Assembly: GCA_964016885.1 (NCBI GenBank)
Contig: OZ024743.1
Coordinates: 342,116,001-342,180,000 of the forward strand
Direction: 5' to 3'
Length of the DNA stretch: 64,000 nucleotides
Origin: Eledone cirrhosa
Lineage: Eukaryota
Shown: in pieces, positions 25,465 through 40,992 of the stretch
Layout of the letters: the number at the start of each line of letters is the position of its first letter
Numbering within the stretch: position 1 is the stretch's first letter
The notes under the pieces: model-generated
What the model was told of the DNA's origin: nothing
What the model saw: only the letters and a program-made list of their open reading frames with translations
Database searches by the model: none
Made by a program: the position numbers and the translations under genes

Positions 25465-25946
25465 ATTATATATCACATTTGTTGTATTTTAATAAAGAAA
25501 CTCTCCACGTACATTCCACGTTAGCGTAAGGATTAAACCATACGTTATAATTCTGAGAACAAAATGTGGCCTAAACTGTTCTTGCTCCTTAATATTCTAC
25601 TGTTCATTTACAAAGTAAATGTAGCCCAAGAGCTAAAATATTATCTGTGCATTATATTTTCAATAATAGTAAAAGCGTTTGCCAAGAAAAATGTACTTAA
25701 AGATTTACATTACGCAAGACTTAAAATCTATGATATCTCTACATAATTCTTTATCAATAAATAGCATATTAATTTCTGTAGGCCAATTGAGTTGATAACA
25801 GAAAATCTGTAGTCTCATCCAACCATATCCCTCGGGAAATATAAAGAATAGAGATGAAATTTCCGCTTATATATTCTCAATAGGAAATGTACCGTTCCAA
25901 GATGAGATTTTGAATACTATGAATGCGTTATATTTATCTATATTTG

Positions 25947-26505
<559 letters not shown>

Positions 26506-26736
26506 TAGGTAAAATGTGTCAGTTTGTTCTTATAATTTTATGTATATAACGAAACATCTCATACAAAAAATAAAATTGATTTCGCGAAATACTATATTGG
26601 CAATTTCCGTCATTCATGTGGAAAGCGAAATAACCATAACAAACGCTTGAAAACCTCTTAGAAAAAAATTAAAGCAAAATCAACATGTTATCTCAAAGAG
26701 AGGAATCTGGAACATTATCCACTAAAGGTTCCTTAA

Positions 26737-26774
26737 TCCCTGATGAAGGGACTTTTAAGTCCCGAAATATTGGA
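26737..26774 (+). ncRNA. Minimal type I HHR
   Basis: tcc-CTGATGA-a-GGGAC-ttttaa-GTCCC-GAAA-TAT-T-gga; TA tract ~115 nt downstream. Confidence 0.8.
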
Positions 26775-26886
26775 CAGATAAAATAACAAGAACAATAACA
26801 AAGCAAAACGAAGAGTACCAGTTAACTTACTTTTACTTTTCGTTACAATCCATTTTGCATTGTTTAGCCTTCATTCTCTGTCAAGG

Positions 26887-26919
<33 letters not shown>

Positions 26920-27187
26920 AGGTGAGTTTTATTGTAGTACAATAAAGCAGTGCAGATATCGGATAAGAAGCACTCTACAGTTTGTAGGACTGGAGTATAC
27001 ATAATATATAAGATCAAAAGATGGTTAAAAGAGTTCCATGTAAAAGAGTGCCCTGTAAAACACCTGATGTTCTTACAGTGAGCTATTTCTCTTACTGAAA
27101 ATAAAGTAGTAATAAATTACTGACCTTTCCTGTTTATAGTATATACATAACTATAAATAGTATCCTTATTATTATTATTATTATTAA

Positions 27188-27385
27188 GGGCGGTGCATTG
27201 GCAGTATCTGTAGAGAGTCGGACGCCATGCTTTCCAGCATAGTTACGTCCCTTTACAGTCTGAGTTCAAATCGCGCCGAGGTTCACTTTGCCTTCCATCT
27301 TTACGGGGTCGATAAAATAAAGTACCAGTAATGTACTGAATAATTGCTGGCCTTGTGCCAATAGTAGAAACAATTATTATTATTA
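27188..27385 (+). mobile_element. tRNA-derived SINE with (ATT)n tail
   Basis: Same SINE family; ATT repeats on both sides. Confidence 0.85.
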
Positions 27386-27429
27386 TTTACTGCTCCATAC
27401 TGTTGAGCTAACATACATTAAATTACCAG

Positions 27430-30400
27430 TATGCTAATCAAAGATCACCTTCCTATGTCCACTAAGAACATACCTATACCATCTAAAGTTACATATGAAA
27501 AATTATTGATCAATAGTGTCAACTCTTTTATCAATAGAGTGAGATGGAGTACATTCCATTACAATAGAAACGGATCAAACAAAAACAGTGATACTAACAA
27601 TTCCGACTCTTACGGCTTTAAAACCTTTAAAAGCCCTCCTCACAACACCTTATTAAACTCTTTTGGAAATGATCTAATTAAACATAAAGTACAAAAAGCA
27701 TCGTAATAGAAACAATACCTTCTTAAACAACCTTAACTCCACTATTAAAGAAATTAATAAAAAAAAAAAATATTATAGTACATGCAAATAAAACTAATAA
27801 TATATATAGCTTAGATTACGATACATATAGAACATTTATATATAAAGAACTACATAGGAGCTATAAGAAAACTACTATTAAAAACTTAGAAAATATAATA
27901 TAGAAGACCGTAGTATAGTGTGTAAATTAAGACTTCAGAGACATACAGAGTCATGCACCCCAAACCCCCCGAGATTCTCTCTGAAAGACCATAAAGAAGA
28001 CTTCATTAGTAACCCTTCGATAAGACTAATCTGCCCTTCCAAATCTGACATTGGTATTATCAGCAAGAAAATATTAGATAGAATCATCCCACAGATTAAG
28101 CACAAAATATATCTTAACCAGTGGGGAAATACAGGGGAAGTTATTGAATGGTTTAAGGATATTAAAGAGAATAAAAATAAAAAATGTATACAATTTTATA
28201 TCAATTCATGCTACACCTCTATTTCCCCTATCACATTAAATAAGGCACTAATTAGTGACCTGACTAGATCTCAAATTGATGTCATACGTGCGACCCAAAA
28301 AACCATAATTACATTTGAAGATCAATTATGGATCCGCAAAGATACGCATAACAACTTTGACATAACTATGGAATCTGGTGACTCGGCGCAGGTCACTGAT
28401 TTGGTGCTCCTATATCTACTAAATGAAATTCATAAGAATCTACCCTACCTCAACGGTGATTTATACCGCGATGATGCACTATTCCTTATAGACTATAAAA
28501 AATTTAATATAGAAAGAACTAGGAAACTACTACATAACATTTTCAAAAACTTCAACTTAAGTATCACCTTAGATAAAAACACTAAAAACGTTAACTTCCT
28601 TGATGCTACCCTTTACCTAGACTCTAAAATATATACACCCTTTCATAAACCAAACGAAAAACTAATTCATGTGGATACCAAGTCTAACCACTCTAAATTC
28701 ATATTAAACTCAATTACTAAAGGAATATCTAATAGAATCTCTAATCTATCATATAACGAAACCATATTTAACAATAATTGCCAATACTATAATCAGGCAT
28801 TAGCTAAATCGCCATAAAAATGGGATTGAATTGATACCTATAAAATCACATAGTTACAGCATTATTTCTCACAATATGGCCACGAAGAAAAATAATAAGA
28901 ATACTAGCCACTCTTACTCTAATACGAAGGGTAATATCAAACTTAACTCGCACGAAAGTAAACACCACAATAATAATATAAACAGAAATACAAATACCGC
29001 AAAAAACAAAAATAGAAGAAAAACTAATACATTCTTCAATCCTCCTTTCAATCTAAACGACTCTACCAACTTGCCTAAGGCTTTCTTCTCAATCCTAGAA
29101 AAAAAACTGCCCATCTGGCCACAAATACCATAATCTTATATAATAAAAATACATTTAAAGTCTCTTACTCTACCGCACCTAACATCGCATACCATATAGC
29201 TAGTAGTAATAAAAGGAAGATGAGTAACTATTTCCAACTAATTAAAACACAACAGGAGGTGAACTTACAGAACAATTTAGTACATGTAAACCCTAGTAGC
29301 AATAGTAATAATGATAATAGCACTAATGAAATCAATAACAATAGGAACGACAACCATCATGACCTTAATGCTATCCATAGCAACCAGACTTCTACACAAC
29401 ATAGTAACCGACAAGCTAACATCCAACATACATGTAACTGTAGATCTAATAGAACCTGCCCCTTAGGTAATAATTGCTTAATCAAAGACATCATTTACTC
29501 TTGCACGGTCAAAACAAACAACTCTTCTAAAACTTATATTGGCTCTACTTCAAACTGCTTCAAGACGAGATACAACTCTCACCTCCACTCTTTCAAAAAA
29601 CACAGTCTATCCAACTACACTTCTTTATCTAGCTACATACACTCTCTGAAAACTAGGAATAGACCATACACACTTCAATGGGAAGTAGTAGGTAGGGCCA
29701 CATCGTATACACCACCCAAAAAATGATGTAACCTCTGTCTTCTAGAGACCCATACTATAATATTTTCGAAACTAGACCTCCTAAATTAAAAAAATCAGAG
29801 GTGTTTTCCTCATGCCAGCTCCACTACCGACACTCATTCCATAGCTTTAAACATAGCCGCTAGTATATAACAATGTCAGATTTGAATTCCTCACCACCAT
29901 TAACACTTCACCTCTAGGACTATTCTTCCCCCACATCACACGCTTTGATCTGCTCTTTCCTCTACACAACTATTTATCTCAAACCTTACACTCTACAATA
30001 TCTATTAGAAATAAATATATAGCCACCACCTTTTAAAATAACTACTTTAGATTACTTATAATATATATAGTAATGGATATATAATATGTAGAGACATTAA
30101 ATGTAATATGTGATAATGAATTATATATACATTTATAATTAAATATATAAATTAATAGCATTGTTTATAAAGGATTAAATTATTAACATATGGGATTTAA
30201 TTAATTAATTAATTAACTAATTGGATATGTAAACAGCTATACATTATTCCATATGTTGTCTAATAATGGATAAATAACAATCTAATGAAACTTTTAATAT
30301 ATTATGGGAGAGTAGACTGTATTTAAAATTAAAATTAAAATTGAATATAAATATATAACATTATGAAAAACGGATTCAATTGTGACACTATGTAATGTCT

Positions 30401-31150
30401 ATTAGAGCAAAGGATTTAAATAGTTTAATGAGCTAGTTACCTCCCCTTACGCATTAGCTCCCCTTAATTTTGGATCTCATATTCACTTCCGGAAATTAAA
30501 CCGTTAGATAATTCGCTGTAGAACAACTCTAATCCATGTATAAGAATCCAATAAGACCAATTTACAATCCATTACTATAACTAACTAAAAACATTCAATA
30601 CAAACATTAACAAAAATATAATTTAACATATGTAAGGGATAGGAAATCAATAACTTTCATATTATCTACACATATAAATTTGAACTATACAGAAACTATC
30701 ATCGCATTGCATCCTCCATAATTCTAATACACTAACATATTCCATTAAAGTGCTTGTAGTTTATGTAATATATTGCCATACAGTATTTATATATTCCTTA
30801 TCATATATATGACTAACGCATGTTCACTCTCTACACGCTTGCATATGTACTGATAGTGTCTTCATTCTTTCTCAATGTTTCTTTAATTATTAGATTCTTC
30901 TCTTGTATTATCTGTTGCATGTATTCCACTCTGGTTTTAATTTGAATTTGAATTTTTGTACAATTCTCGTATAATATGTGTCGTATCCATTACAGCCTAT
31001 AAATACTAAACTGTTGTTTACAAAATCAATATAGATGTATCTATATGATTGTTCAGTTAAATAGGAGTGTTCCGATGACTCCAACCGAAGGTTTGGGAGA
31101 AACAATTGTCAGCGATTAAATGATTTGAACATAACTTTGATATTTGTGTA

Positions 31151-31155
<5 letters not shown>
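27430..31155 (+). mobile_element. Near full-length Penelope-like element (RT + C-terminal GIY-YIG; probably Naiad-type), frameshifted, with long 3' UTR
   Basis: KNIPIPS..RVRW; LKDHK..RLICPSKSDIG; FDITM; LYRDD; VNFLD; FNPPF; CNCR..CPLGNNC..IIY..YIGST..FKTRY..H; HHR at 3' end then (TA)n. Confidence 0.9.
31069..31113 (+). ncRNA. Type I HHR with CCGATGA core at the 3' end of the PLE
   Basis: gtt-CCGATGA-cTCCAACC-gaa-GGTTtgGGA-GAAAC-AATT-GTC-agc; downstream tail similar to 20660-20700. Confidence 0.75.
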
Positions 31156-31218
<63 letters not shown>

Positions 31219-31798
31219 AAAAAAGTTGAAATCGAAAATGCAACTCGAGTCTTTTTTTAAACAAATATATATATTTATTTGGTTCCTTTCCCGGTTTTGC
31301 TTTTCAAAAGTAGAATTGGGATGGAGGGTTTGTGGTTTTTCTCACATCTATATATATATAATTATACAAATTATACCTACCTATATATATGTGTGTATGT
31401 GCATGACTGTGTAAATGTGTGTATATATATATACAAATGTATATATATAATTAGATAGTGTGAAAGAGGGGAAGAGACAGAGTGAGAGAGAGAGAGAGTT
31501 GAAACATGGAGCGCATGGAATAGCTGTTAAATCAGCCGGATTTCGTCAATGGCAACCGTATGTACAAATGCACAGGGAAGCACGTATCTTACGATAGTCT
31601 CTTCAAATTAACACAACGTTACGTCAACTGCAAGGCATTGAGGGGAAATCAGGGATCTAATACGAAAGAAAAGATATATTCTCGAAAAAATAATAGGACA
31701 TTTTATCAGTGTTATCACTTATAAAAATTCTACTGGGGAGTTATTTTTCTTTTTGCAGGTAGAATGATATGAAATAAGAATTATATATAATATATACA

Positions 31799-31885
<87 letters not shown>

Positions 31886-31888
<3 letters not shown>

Positions 31889-32655
31889 AGTATGTATACG
31901 TACACACATATATGTATACAGACGCACAGTAGTATGTATATACATACATACATACACACACATATATATATGTACGTATGGGTTTACCGAACATTTATTA
32001 TAATGTTCGGTTTGTTTGTAAACACAGCCGTACAGTGTTCGGCAACCATCGCTGCCCTATTTGTTCAACACTGACAAAGGAACGATGAACTAGTTTCTAG
32101 CTTATTAGCTGTCATCAGCACCGTATACCTTCCTGTCAGTTGATTGAACGTTTGAAAGTATATACTTTCCTTATGCATATTAACGGCTGGGCAACCTAAT
32201 TTGCATATCGAGTGAGTTAGTCGACCGGGAGTACCGAAAACGATAAATGGAAAAAATGAAATTTCATTCCTCACACTTAGTATGGCTGATACTTAAATGT
32301 TATTATGTATACATACATATATGTATACAGACGCACAGTAGTATGTATATACATACATACATGCACACATATATATATGTGTACGTATGGGTTTACCGAA
32401 TATTGTCAGTGTTGAACAAATAGGGCTGTGATGGTTGCCGAACACTGTACGGCTAATAATTCGGTCTGTTTGTTTACAAACAAACCGAGCTTTATAATAA
32501 ATGTTCGGTAAACCCATACGTACATATATATATGTGTGCATGTATGTATGTATATACATACTACTGTGCGTCTGTATACATATATGTATGTACGTATACA
32601 TACTTACATTTAAGTATCAGCTGTACTATGAGTGAGAATTGAAATTTCAATTTTT

Positions 32656-32660
<5 letters not shown>
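31886..32660. mobile_element. Retrozyme-like family D: ~409-bp monomer, partial tandem, inverted arm
   Basis: gacgcacagt at 31921 and 32330; 32405-32660 inverted; TA tracts on both sides. Confidence 0.85.
32082..32124 (-). ncRNA. Type I HHR of family D
   Basis: acggtg-CTGATGA-c-AGCT-aata-AGCT-a-GAAAC-TA-GTT-catcgt. Confidence 0.88.
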
Positions 32661-32727
<67 letters not shown>

Positions 32728-32744
32728 TATATATAATATATATA

Positions 32745-32909
32745 ACGAAAGAAATGTGGTAAGGAAGCAGATGGACCATAACGCACCAAAGTACTCAATA
32801 CTTAGGGTAGTAGAGTGGGTAATAGGAACGAGTAGGACCCCGGCGGCTGACCTCATCCAGAATTAGCCGTCGAAACGGCTTGAGCTCAGCCGTCAGGGTC
32901 CTACTCGTT

Positions 32910-32912
<3 letters not shown>
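32745..32912. mobile_element. Two-armed fragment of an HHR-bearing element between TA tracts
   Basis: Left arm is the reverse complement of the post-cleavage tail; right arm is the HHR 3' half GAAACGGCT-tgagctc-AGCCGTC. Confidence 0.7.
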
Positions 32913-32983
<71 letters not shown>

Positions 32984-33070
32984 GAGATTATATTTAATTT
33001 GTTGGGATTCAACAAGCTTAATCATTTTTATAACTGATATAAAGCACTCAACAATTGGAGTAAATACATA

Positions 33071-33300
33071 ATATATTAATAAATGGAAACTATATTTATA
33101 AAACCATATTTATTTTATTATACATATTTCAAGGGCAACCAAGGCAAATTATGGTGCGCTTTCATTAGATGAATTTATTTATAAAACAAATCTGTATTTT
33201 ATCTGATGAAAGCGCACCATAATTTGCCTTGGTTGCCCTTGAAATATGTATAATAAAATAAATATGGTTTTATAAATATAGTTTCCATTTATTAATATAT
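33071..33300. repeat. Fold-back repeat with HHR (CTGATGA at 33203)
   Basis: 100-bp arms 33071-33170 and 33201-33300; CTGATGA-AAG.GCACC..GGTTGC.CTT-GAAA-TATGTA. Confidence 0.75.
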
Positions 33301-33429
33301 TTTATATATATATATTATTTAATTAGATAGTAAACAATACAATATAACTACTCCATTACCAAAAGTTTCAGGATCCTAGACAATATTAACATACATCTAT
33401 GGTCCTGAAACCTTTGGTAATGGAGTTAA

Positions 33430-34830
33430 CATATGAAGATCAGGCCTATTGTATCGAGCGTGGAAGGACCGCTCTACGTAATTTGGTGGCTCCTAACCAG
33501 AATACTTAAATCCCTACTGGACACCATGCCGGGACACGAAAAACAGCTCCAAGGAAGTGTTGGAGCGCCTACATCAAATGGATCCCGACACCCGAAAGGC
33601 TAACAGGTAAGCCTTCAGCCTTGATGTGGTCGCTCTCTACGCCTCGGTCACGGCGCGCCCGACCGTCCATATGCTGATAGAACGTGTTCAATCTACCAAC
33701 TTATAGTGCTTCGAGCTGACATCACTCCAGCTGACATCCACCAGCTCCTATCCGTCATTGTTGACAACACATATTTCAATTTTCTCGACCAAAAATACCG
33801 GCAGACCTCAGGGCTACCCATGGGCTCAAGCCTGTCGGGTGTGCTAGCGATCTCGTATATGGACAGCCTCGAACGCAAGGCACTCAACGCCTGCCGCCCC
33901 AACGCCGTCGCCTTCTTCTCAAGATACGTGGACGACATCCTCATCCTCACATCTTCCCAGGAGATGCCGAACGGGATTTACGAGACGTTCAGCAACACGG
34001 ACGAGAATATTGTCTTCAGTGTTGAACACCCCGACGGCGACGGTTCCCTTGCACTCCTCGACTTCTGAATCAACATCACAGAGCAGGGAGCGTTCCACAC
34101 CAGCTTCTACCGCAAGGCAGCCTGCAGAGACTTGTTCGTCCATTACACATCTGCCCTCCCTAACAGTGCATCACGAACGAGATGATGTGGATTAAAAACA
34201 GATGCAGCGATCCCGTGAGTAGTGTCACCCATACCAAGCGGTTACTCAGGGTGCTGGAGACGAACGGAAACCCAGCATCATTTACAAGCAGAGTAAGAGA
34301 CACCAGACGCAAGAGGCAGAGAAATACCCAAGGCAAGTGCTTCCTTAAAATCCCGGACCTGGACGAGAAAACCACCAACGCTATCCGCAGGGCCATACGG
34401 AGGGAGGGCCTCGACATCCACTTGGCCCACTCGAGCCCCTCCCTACGGAGATGCCTCTCCAGGAAACCAGAGAAATTGGTTGACACGTGTTACCGCCAGC
34501 AACGGTCCGATGCGCCAAACGAACTGTTTGCTACGCATGTACGTTGTATACAGCGTAGAATGTGACAAGTGCAACGACTACTACATCGATAGCACAATCC
34601 GACCACTACATCTCCGGATCAAGGATCACATCAACACCAGGGCCAGGTCTTTCAAGAAACACATAACCAAATGCGGAAAGAAAGACAGAAGGCCCATTGT
34701 CACTGTGTTAGCGGCAGAACGCAACGTCGCCACATTAAGAATCTAGGAAGCACTTTGGATCAAACGCCTCGGACAACAAATAAATAACCGATCCGAGAAA
34801 AGTGAGAGGAGATGGCTGGTGTAAACAAAC
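33430..34830 (+). mobile_element. Penelope/Poseidon-type PLE (RT + GIY-YIG), disrupted
   Basis: FSLDVVALY; QTSGLPMGSSLSGVLA; RYVDDIL; LALLDF; VVYSVECDKCNDYYIDSTIRPLHLRIKDH. Confidence 0.9.
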
Positions 34831-35151
34831 GAAACAACAACAACACACACACACACAGTGGCAATCGAACGATCGTTATTGTGTGTATAGCGTGTCCACC
34901 ATCCACCGACCAACAAACAACAATCAGGTAAACTACCAATACAACAACACACCTGCCAGTATCAAAGGCTGAATATAAGAAATTGACAGTGAAGATGCGT
35001 ACGCACTCACACATCAGCATCCCACTACTCTAGTATAGAAGAATCGCCTCAACCTTTGTCTGACTGCAGAGTAGTTTAGTTGTACACACACGGTTGACAA
35101 CAGAGGCCACGTGTTGTTCCTCTCCGACTAAAAACTTTCCCCCTCGGAAAA

Positions 35152-35188
35152 CCCCCAGTTGATGGATGCGAAATCCGAAATATAGGGG
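35152..35188 (+). ncRNA. Degenerate HHR downstream of the Poseidon-type ORF
   Basis: cccc-CAGTTGA-t-GGAT-gcgaa-ATCC-GAAA-TATA-gggg (two core mismatches). Confidence 0.5.
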
Positions 35189-35374
35189 CAATTTAATCAC
35201 TTCCACGGTAACTCTATCTCGTGTTATTATTTTTACACTCTTTCCTACGTTCCTCTACACCCTATACGTCTCATTCTACATTTCCTCTTACATCTCTCAT
35301 TACCACCTGATTTTGTTACCCGGAGATTTACCCATCTGCATTGTTGAGGCTTCCAAAACGACCAATTATATACA

Positions 35375-35445
<71 letters not shown>

Positions 35446-36016
35446 GTATATATATATACATATATATACGGCGGGGATGGGATTTGATTTTTTTCCGTTT
35501 ACTGCCAATTACACCCTACGGCTGTGATTTTCCCCTTCGTTAGCGGCTTGATATTGGCTGGGGGTATTTTCTCTGGCTCTCTGATTCCTCAGTGAGTTCC
35601 TTTGTTCTGATTTGCCTTGTCATCCCATACCCACCTTAGCAGCAGAAATGTTTTTTTTTCTGCTGCAAGGGCTGGCATAAAAGAAAATTCTAATCCGTAC
35701 ATTCTCGTGCGAATAAGAGCTTGTAACTCTTATTGGATCTTTTACTTTTTTACTTTACTTATCATTCCTACGTGCCAACATACTCATTTCTTAATCATCT
35801 CTGTGTTTCATCTACTGTTCACCCACCTCACAACTTTCTGTTTCTGTATAGCGATATCTGGCCATAATTTTCTAATCTTAGGACTATATTTTTACCCGAC
35901 TTCTATGCTGTTGTCATTGACGAAATTCGGCTGATTTTACAGCCCCCTCTCTATGTATATTTTAGAAAATAGCATATATTTTCACTAGCTCTGGCAATTG
36001 GCAGGTGGACAGTGAC

Positions 36017-36060
36017 CTGTACTGATGAATGGTGATGCCCAGAAACATTAGTGTCTGCAG
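36017..36060 (+). ncRNA. Type I hammerhead ribozyme
   Basis: ctgta-CTGATGA-a-TGG-tgatgc-CCA-GAAAC-ATTAGT-GTC-tgcag. Confidence 0.85.
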
Positions 36061-36223
36061 TTCTGTTTAATATGCCAACACAAGAGCAAGAATGAAGGGT
36101 TAATTCTACTGACATGCCTAGAAAAATGAGGCTAGTTTGTATAATTGCAAACGAATCGAATGGTAATAATATTCGAAAAACTCAGATTACATTTATGGTA
36201 TTCAGCCATGTAGAGCGAAAATT

Positions 36224-36267
<44 letters not shown>

Positions 36268-36368
36268 ATAATAATAAATTTGAAGACTAAAATCCAAAGA
36301 GGGCTCGATAAGTTTAAATATATATATCGCATATATAAGAACCGTAGAGCAAATATTTCTTAAATTTA

Positions 36369-36431
<63 letters not shown>

Positions 36432-37061
36432 GGTGTTGGATCCTTAAAGCGTCCGTTTGCGGTAGGCCGTTTGAGCACTCGATGCTCTCATAGAGCAGAG
36501 TATGATATCACAGAAAAAAAGAGAATCAGTGTGCGACGAATGGAGTTTATTGGACATTTTACAATCGTTTCTCTGGCGACCAGCTCGATGAACGATCGAT
36601 GTGATGATCGGACCTGACACTGAAAATTGCAAGGTCCCCAGATATGTCTTGATTCTACGAAGCAAATGTTCCTAATGTTCTATTACATCGATATCCTTCG
36701 CCTGTCGGCTTAGATCCTGTTGTCATTCTATGAGTGGTCAAGTATTGTACACGTCATCGATATTTCTAGCCACTCTTAGTTGTCCACTATTTGGTTCTTT
36801 TAATTCTCCATCTGTCAATCAAGGTCGTTTCTTAGATCGGAATTACTACTGTAGTAGGTAAGGGGTTGTATGCTTGAACTGCTGGCGACCCTTCGACGTC
36901 TTCTCTTTCTTTAGGCACCCTCGTCCACACCAATCACGTACACACCCGCAACTGTATTGTGTGCGACAATCACCATAAATAATGCTTGCAGGGAATTTTA
37001 AAAACAAATTAGAAAAATATTTAGCATAACTTTTTTCTGTGATATATATATATATATATAT

Positions 37062-37603
37062 AAGTATGTATGCATACGTACATACATATATGTATACAGA
37101 CATAGAGTAGTATGTATATATATATACATACATGTACACATATATATATGTACGTATCGGTTTACCGAACATTTATTATAATGTTCGGTTTGTTTGTAAA
37201 CAAACAGCCCGAATTAAGCCGTACAGTGTTTAGCCACCATCGTTGCCCTTTTGTTCAACTCTGACCAAGGAACGATGTACTAGTTTCAAGCTTATTAGCT
37301 ATCGTCAGCATCGTATACCTTCCTGCCAGATGATTGAACGTCTGAAAGGGTTGAACAAAAGGGCAACGATGGTTGCTAAACACTGTACGGCTTAATTTGG
37401 GCTGTTTGTTTAAAAAACAAACCGAACATTATAATAAATGTTCGGTAAACCGATACGTACATATATATATGTGTACATGTATGTATATATATACATACTA
37501 CTGTATGTCTGTATACATATATGTATGTACGTATGCATACATACTTACATTTAAGTAACTGGTGTACTAAGAGTGAGAAATGAAATTTTGTTTCATTTTT
37601 TCC

Positions 37604-37608
<5 letters not shown>
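37062..37608. mobile_element. Retrozyme-like family D, fold-back copy (HHR at 37272-37314, minus)
   Basis: acgatg-CTGACGA-tAGCT-aata-AGCTt-GAAAC-TA-GTA-catcgt; inverted arm 37351-37608 crosses the monomer junction. Confidence 0.85.
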
Positions 37609-37652
<44 letters not shown>

Positions 37653-37675
37653 AATACATTTGAAGACTAATATCT

Positions 37676-37762
<87 letters not shown>

Positions 37763-39474
37763 AGTAATGTTGTGTGGTATACCTGTGAGTATAGTTGATC
37801 ATTCTGATTAGTTAACCATGATGCAATATGTTAAAGCCCTCGAAGTTACGCAATTCATCCATCGTAGATGTAGTATCCCGTGGCTGGGGATTTCAAAACA
37901 ATACAAGGTCGAACTGGAAATATTCTCTTTAAATGTTTAATATTGCAAAACACTATACGTTATTCAATGGCCTTGATAGATCTGATTATGATGTAGGATT
38001 CATCGAGTGCGGATTGTAAAATTGTTAATTGATAAGGGGATCACGGCTTACATATACAGAAAATAGAAATTAGAGATGACATGATTCGGAGATGGCCTGC
38101 AAATTCGATGTTATTGTAATGGCGAACCATCTCTGAATAATACACACTCAGCAGAGTACACACTGTTGCAAATCTCCTTACTATCTACCACCTATTGCTG
38201 TTTCGTATCAGGAATTACATCCAAAGTTATTTAGTTTGGCTAGCTCTCTCTTGTACCTCTCGGGGAATTTCTTTTTCACACTGTACTTCGTTTCATTGAT
38301 TTCGTTTTCAGTTACTGGCACCCTAAGTTTTACGTTCAATATGTTCTATTATTTGTGTATTTAGTCGAAAGGAAAATGGTGTATTTTGTCGCCTCGTTTT
38401 GTTGTTTTACAATCTCATGTGTAGTAGATGGAATGATTCTAATGCACAGAAATCATAGCGATCTACAGTATTTAGGTGAAAAAAAGGGCATGTCCATATT
38501 TGTTTTGTTATCTGTCCTTATATGTTTAATTTATATATATGCAAATATAGTAGGTCGTTGTAGGGAAATGTTGCATTGCACTAATTATGTGTAATTTATG
38601 ACATAAATAGCACATACGTATATACAAACTATATTGATACAGGCAGTAATACTATATATAATATGTGAAACAATGTTATAAAATTTCATCATAGTAGTAC
38701 GATGCCAGGCTGTGATTTGAAAGAGATTTAACCGCAAATAGTTTTGTGAAATCATAAAGTGGCAGTTCCATCAGCTTGTTTTGTCTCACATTGTTTCCGT
38801 CTGTGTTTACTATATATTAGTCTTTCTTTTGATTTCCTTTAATTTAGTTTGTACAGTATCATGTTTGAATTTCCGTTTCACTGTTCTTTCAACTTCCGAA
38901 AAAGTATTTGTTAAATTTCGTTGGATTTTTCCATCATAATAAACTGTTAGATTTATCGTTCCAAATCAGTGATTGCTTGCTTTACTAGTTTTAACTTTAA
39001 TGATTGCTTTGCTAAGTCTGCGTGGGTTTAGTAATAAAGAGGAAATGTTACACGTTTCATGTAAGGAAATTATTTAACGAACAATAAACACAAATAATTA
39101 ATTGGTCATTTTGGTCATTTAGAACAAACATAAATTTCATATTAATATTTTTGAAGAAAACATTGAGCTGTCTGTAAGAGATGTATGTGTGTTTAGTATA
39201 CATAAATATTTCATATACTTATATGTTCATAAGCGTCTTTATTCTGAGGCAGGCTGTATTAATGGTAAAAGTAAATAAGCACGCATACGTTTATGTATGC
39301 ACAGATGAATTTTACATTATTGGTGCATTTGAAAATTCGCATGAATTCCTTGTATATAGATTAGATATTTTGCAATTTCATATGAAAATATCCAAAAGAA
39401 ATGTGGACAAAGACAAAATACATACATCCACACATGCAAATACACACGTATTCAAATATACGTATAATATATAA

Positions 39475-39516
<42 letters not shown>

Positions 39517-39815
39517 CTGTGTGGGTGGGTGTGTGTGTGTGTATACATATATATATATATATATAAATATATATATATAATACGTATATATATATATATA
39601 TATGTATATGTATATATAAATATATACGTATGCACACATGCATATATAGATCTTTGTTTATTTATCTGTATCTCTCTCTCTATATATATACATATATGTA
39701 TGTGTGTGAGTGTGTGTGTGTGTGTGCAAAAAATAAACGGATAAATAACACAGCAAAGCGATACATATATATGAAGATAAATAGTAGTTTAAAGCTTGAT
39801 ATAGTATGAAAAGAG

Positions 39816-39852
39816 ACTTAACGTTTCGGACGTTATACTTTCATCAGAATTT
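39816..39852 (-). ncRNA. Degenerate HHR motif
   Basis: Minus strand att-CTGATGA-aagtataacgtcc-GAAAC-GTT-aag. Confidence 0.55.
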
Positions 39853-40992
39853 GAAATAAAAGGGGAATAAAACGATAAACAAGAGTGGGAAGAGAAAAAA
39901 GCGAACCAATTTACAGGGTGGGGGAGAAAGCTTATGCTTGTTCAGTTACCCATATAGGGGAAGTGCTGCTCAGAACGTATTTTAAATAGTAGAGAGGGTA
40001 TGAATGGAGATGATTCATATGTATTTTGAGTGGACATGTGCGCGTAGGTGTGTATGTGTGTGCGGGCGTATGCATGTTTTCTCTGCAAAGCTGTGAAAGT
40101 ATGTGCGTCAGACAGAGCCAAAGCTGGTGTCGTTGGTCGGGTTGTAAACGTGTGAGTTTGTGTGCCTCAGATGACAGTGGATGACAGTCGGGTTCGTGTA
40201 TCGGCGGACACATGTTTGTATGTTTATATTCACTCGCACACATGTAGGCGTAGGTTGATGTTGTCTACATTACCATGAAAGAGCCTTGTGTCTATGTTTA
40301 CATGTGCGTACATATACTGTACATGGACACACAAAGGAAGAAACTGTCGTAAGGCGTTGTAGGGAAATGATGATGATGATGAAGGTGTTTGTCACCTTGC
40401 CTCATATCCGTGGCTATGACTGTAAGAGACACTGCTTAGTGTCGGTGGTACAACTCCAGTCGGGTGAACTATGAAATGTAAAGTCACTGCGTATGTAGAG
40501 GGGATAGCGCCGGGTAGTGATTGTGGACGGAGAAAATGTTGGGAAACATTTAATACCAATGATGCCCTAGCTCCGGCTTGGGTACCACGTGAGCACAGCT
40601 GCATACACAGAAGACACAAGAACACCTACACCCTCAAGTGCAACCCATATAGCGGTGTGCATCGGGGGTGTATGATATCTGGTTATGTGTATATGTGTAC
40701 AGATATACGAGATAGCTAGCTAGCTAGCTAGATAAATAGATAGATAGATATGTTTCTTTATTAACCACAGGGGCACAAAAGAAGGGGACAAATACAAAGG
40801 GGGAAGTTTACATACAATAAAAACGTGTAAAATGTTATCACAAATGGAATTTAAAAAGTTAGTCGATTTTCCCCATATAGAGGGAGACAGTTTATATGGG
40901 TAACAAATACCCCCGAAAAAAAATGTGCAACCCTCATCTCCAGGAGTACGAAGAGTTTGTACTCCCTTCCTCTCCTCCTCCTTTTCCTCAAC

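Noticed and set aside
29724-30860. TGA before CNLC as selenocysteine, with a SECIS near 30810-30855
   Set aside because: TGA is not at a Cys position (probably CGA>TGA); the putative SECIS has a weak helix and no apical AA
36430-36990. Possible Tc1/mariner transposase remnant on the minus strand
   Set aside because: Only vague resemblance; no DDE motif or TIR pair seen
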